Source of the DNA: Mobula hypostoma
Lineage: Eukaryota
Reading direction: 5' to 3'
DNA: 64,000 bases
Assembly: GCF_963921235.1 (NCBI RefSeq)
Contig: NC_086101.1
Span: 4,652,001-4,716,000 of the forward strand
Shown: in pieces, positions 63,501 through 64,000 of the stretch
How the letters are laid out: each line of letters starts with the position of its first letter
Position numbering within the stretch: position 1 is the stretch's first letter
Notes under the pieces: model-generated
What the model was told of the DNA's origin: nothing
What the model saw: the letters and a program-made list of their open reading frames with translations, nothing else
Database searches by the model: none
Made by a program: the position numbers and the translations under genes

Positions 63501-64000
63501 AGAACTCCAAGTCCAGTCTGGCCAACGCCTTTTACATGATTGCTTTCATATTCTATGTTTGTATGGGTGGTATAAATGTATGATATATGTTTTATATTAT
63601 ATATTCTCTGATTCTCCAGGTTAAGATCACCTTGGGTCATTTTAAAAGCCCTGGTAGACGTTTGCATAAATTCGGCATTTCACCTAAAACTTTGGCAGAC
63701 GTCTATGGATGCTCATTGGACGGTATCCTTACTGTCTGCACCACAGCCTGTGTGGAAACACCAATGCAGGAATGGAAATTCCTCCAGAAAGTGGTGGATA
63801 CAGCCCAGTCCATCACAGGAAAAGTCTGTGATGGAGTGGGCCTCTACAACCAGTGAGCACATTTACAGAGAGCATAGCCACAAGAAAGCAGCATCCATCA
63901 TCAAGGAGCCAGACCACCCAGGCCATGCTTTCTTCTCACTGCTGCCACCATCAGGCAGGAGGTACAGGAGCCCCAGGACCCACACCACCAGGGTCAGGAA

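Noticed and set aside
63620..63660. Candidate TRIM-B exon 4 after the strong acceptor tattctctgattctccag
   Set aside because: No convincing similarity to TRIM-A exon 4 and no clear donor. Left unannotated.

Overview
Eukaryotic (vertebrate) genomic DNA, most likely from a cartilaginous fish (ray/shark). That assignment is inferred from the TE repertoire: CR1, Rex1/Babar, RTE, Penelope and V-SINE-like elements. The window is mostly nested transposon debris plus two large minisatellites (1-2800 and 48960-56497). The only host genes I can support are two divergently transcribed (head-to-head) paralogous TRIM/RBCC genes. TRIM-A is on the minus strand (exons 21297-20869, 10943-10848, 10516-10283, 10201-10182) and TRIM-B is on the plus strand (exons 43832-44218, 46337-46432, 61828-62061). 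They share 96/234-bp coiled-coil exons and an unusual B-box with an elongated C-x8-H loop. Main points of interest: (1) TRIM-B keeps all eight RING zinc ligands but has lost the canonical E2-binding residues, making it a candidate pseudo-ligase partner of TRIM-A. (2) A nearly identical second B-box copy lies 613 bp into TRIM-A intron 1. (3) Penelope-derived repeats carry intact minimal type-I hammerhead ribozyme motifs. (4) A degenerate R4/Dong-clade retroelement is present. (5) A recurrent non-autonomous ~650-bp element with an (AATCT)n tail occurs four times. The 2662-aa ORF is a minisatellite artefact. No PRY/SPRY exon was found in the window. Splice models and TE family calls come from reading the sequence by eye, not from database searches.
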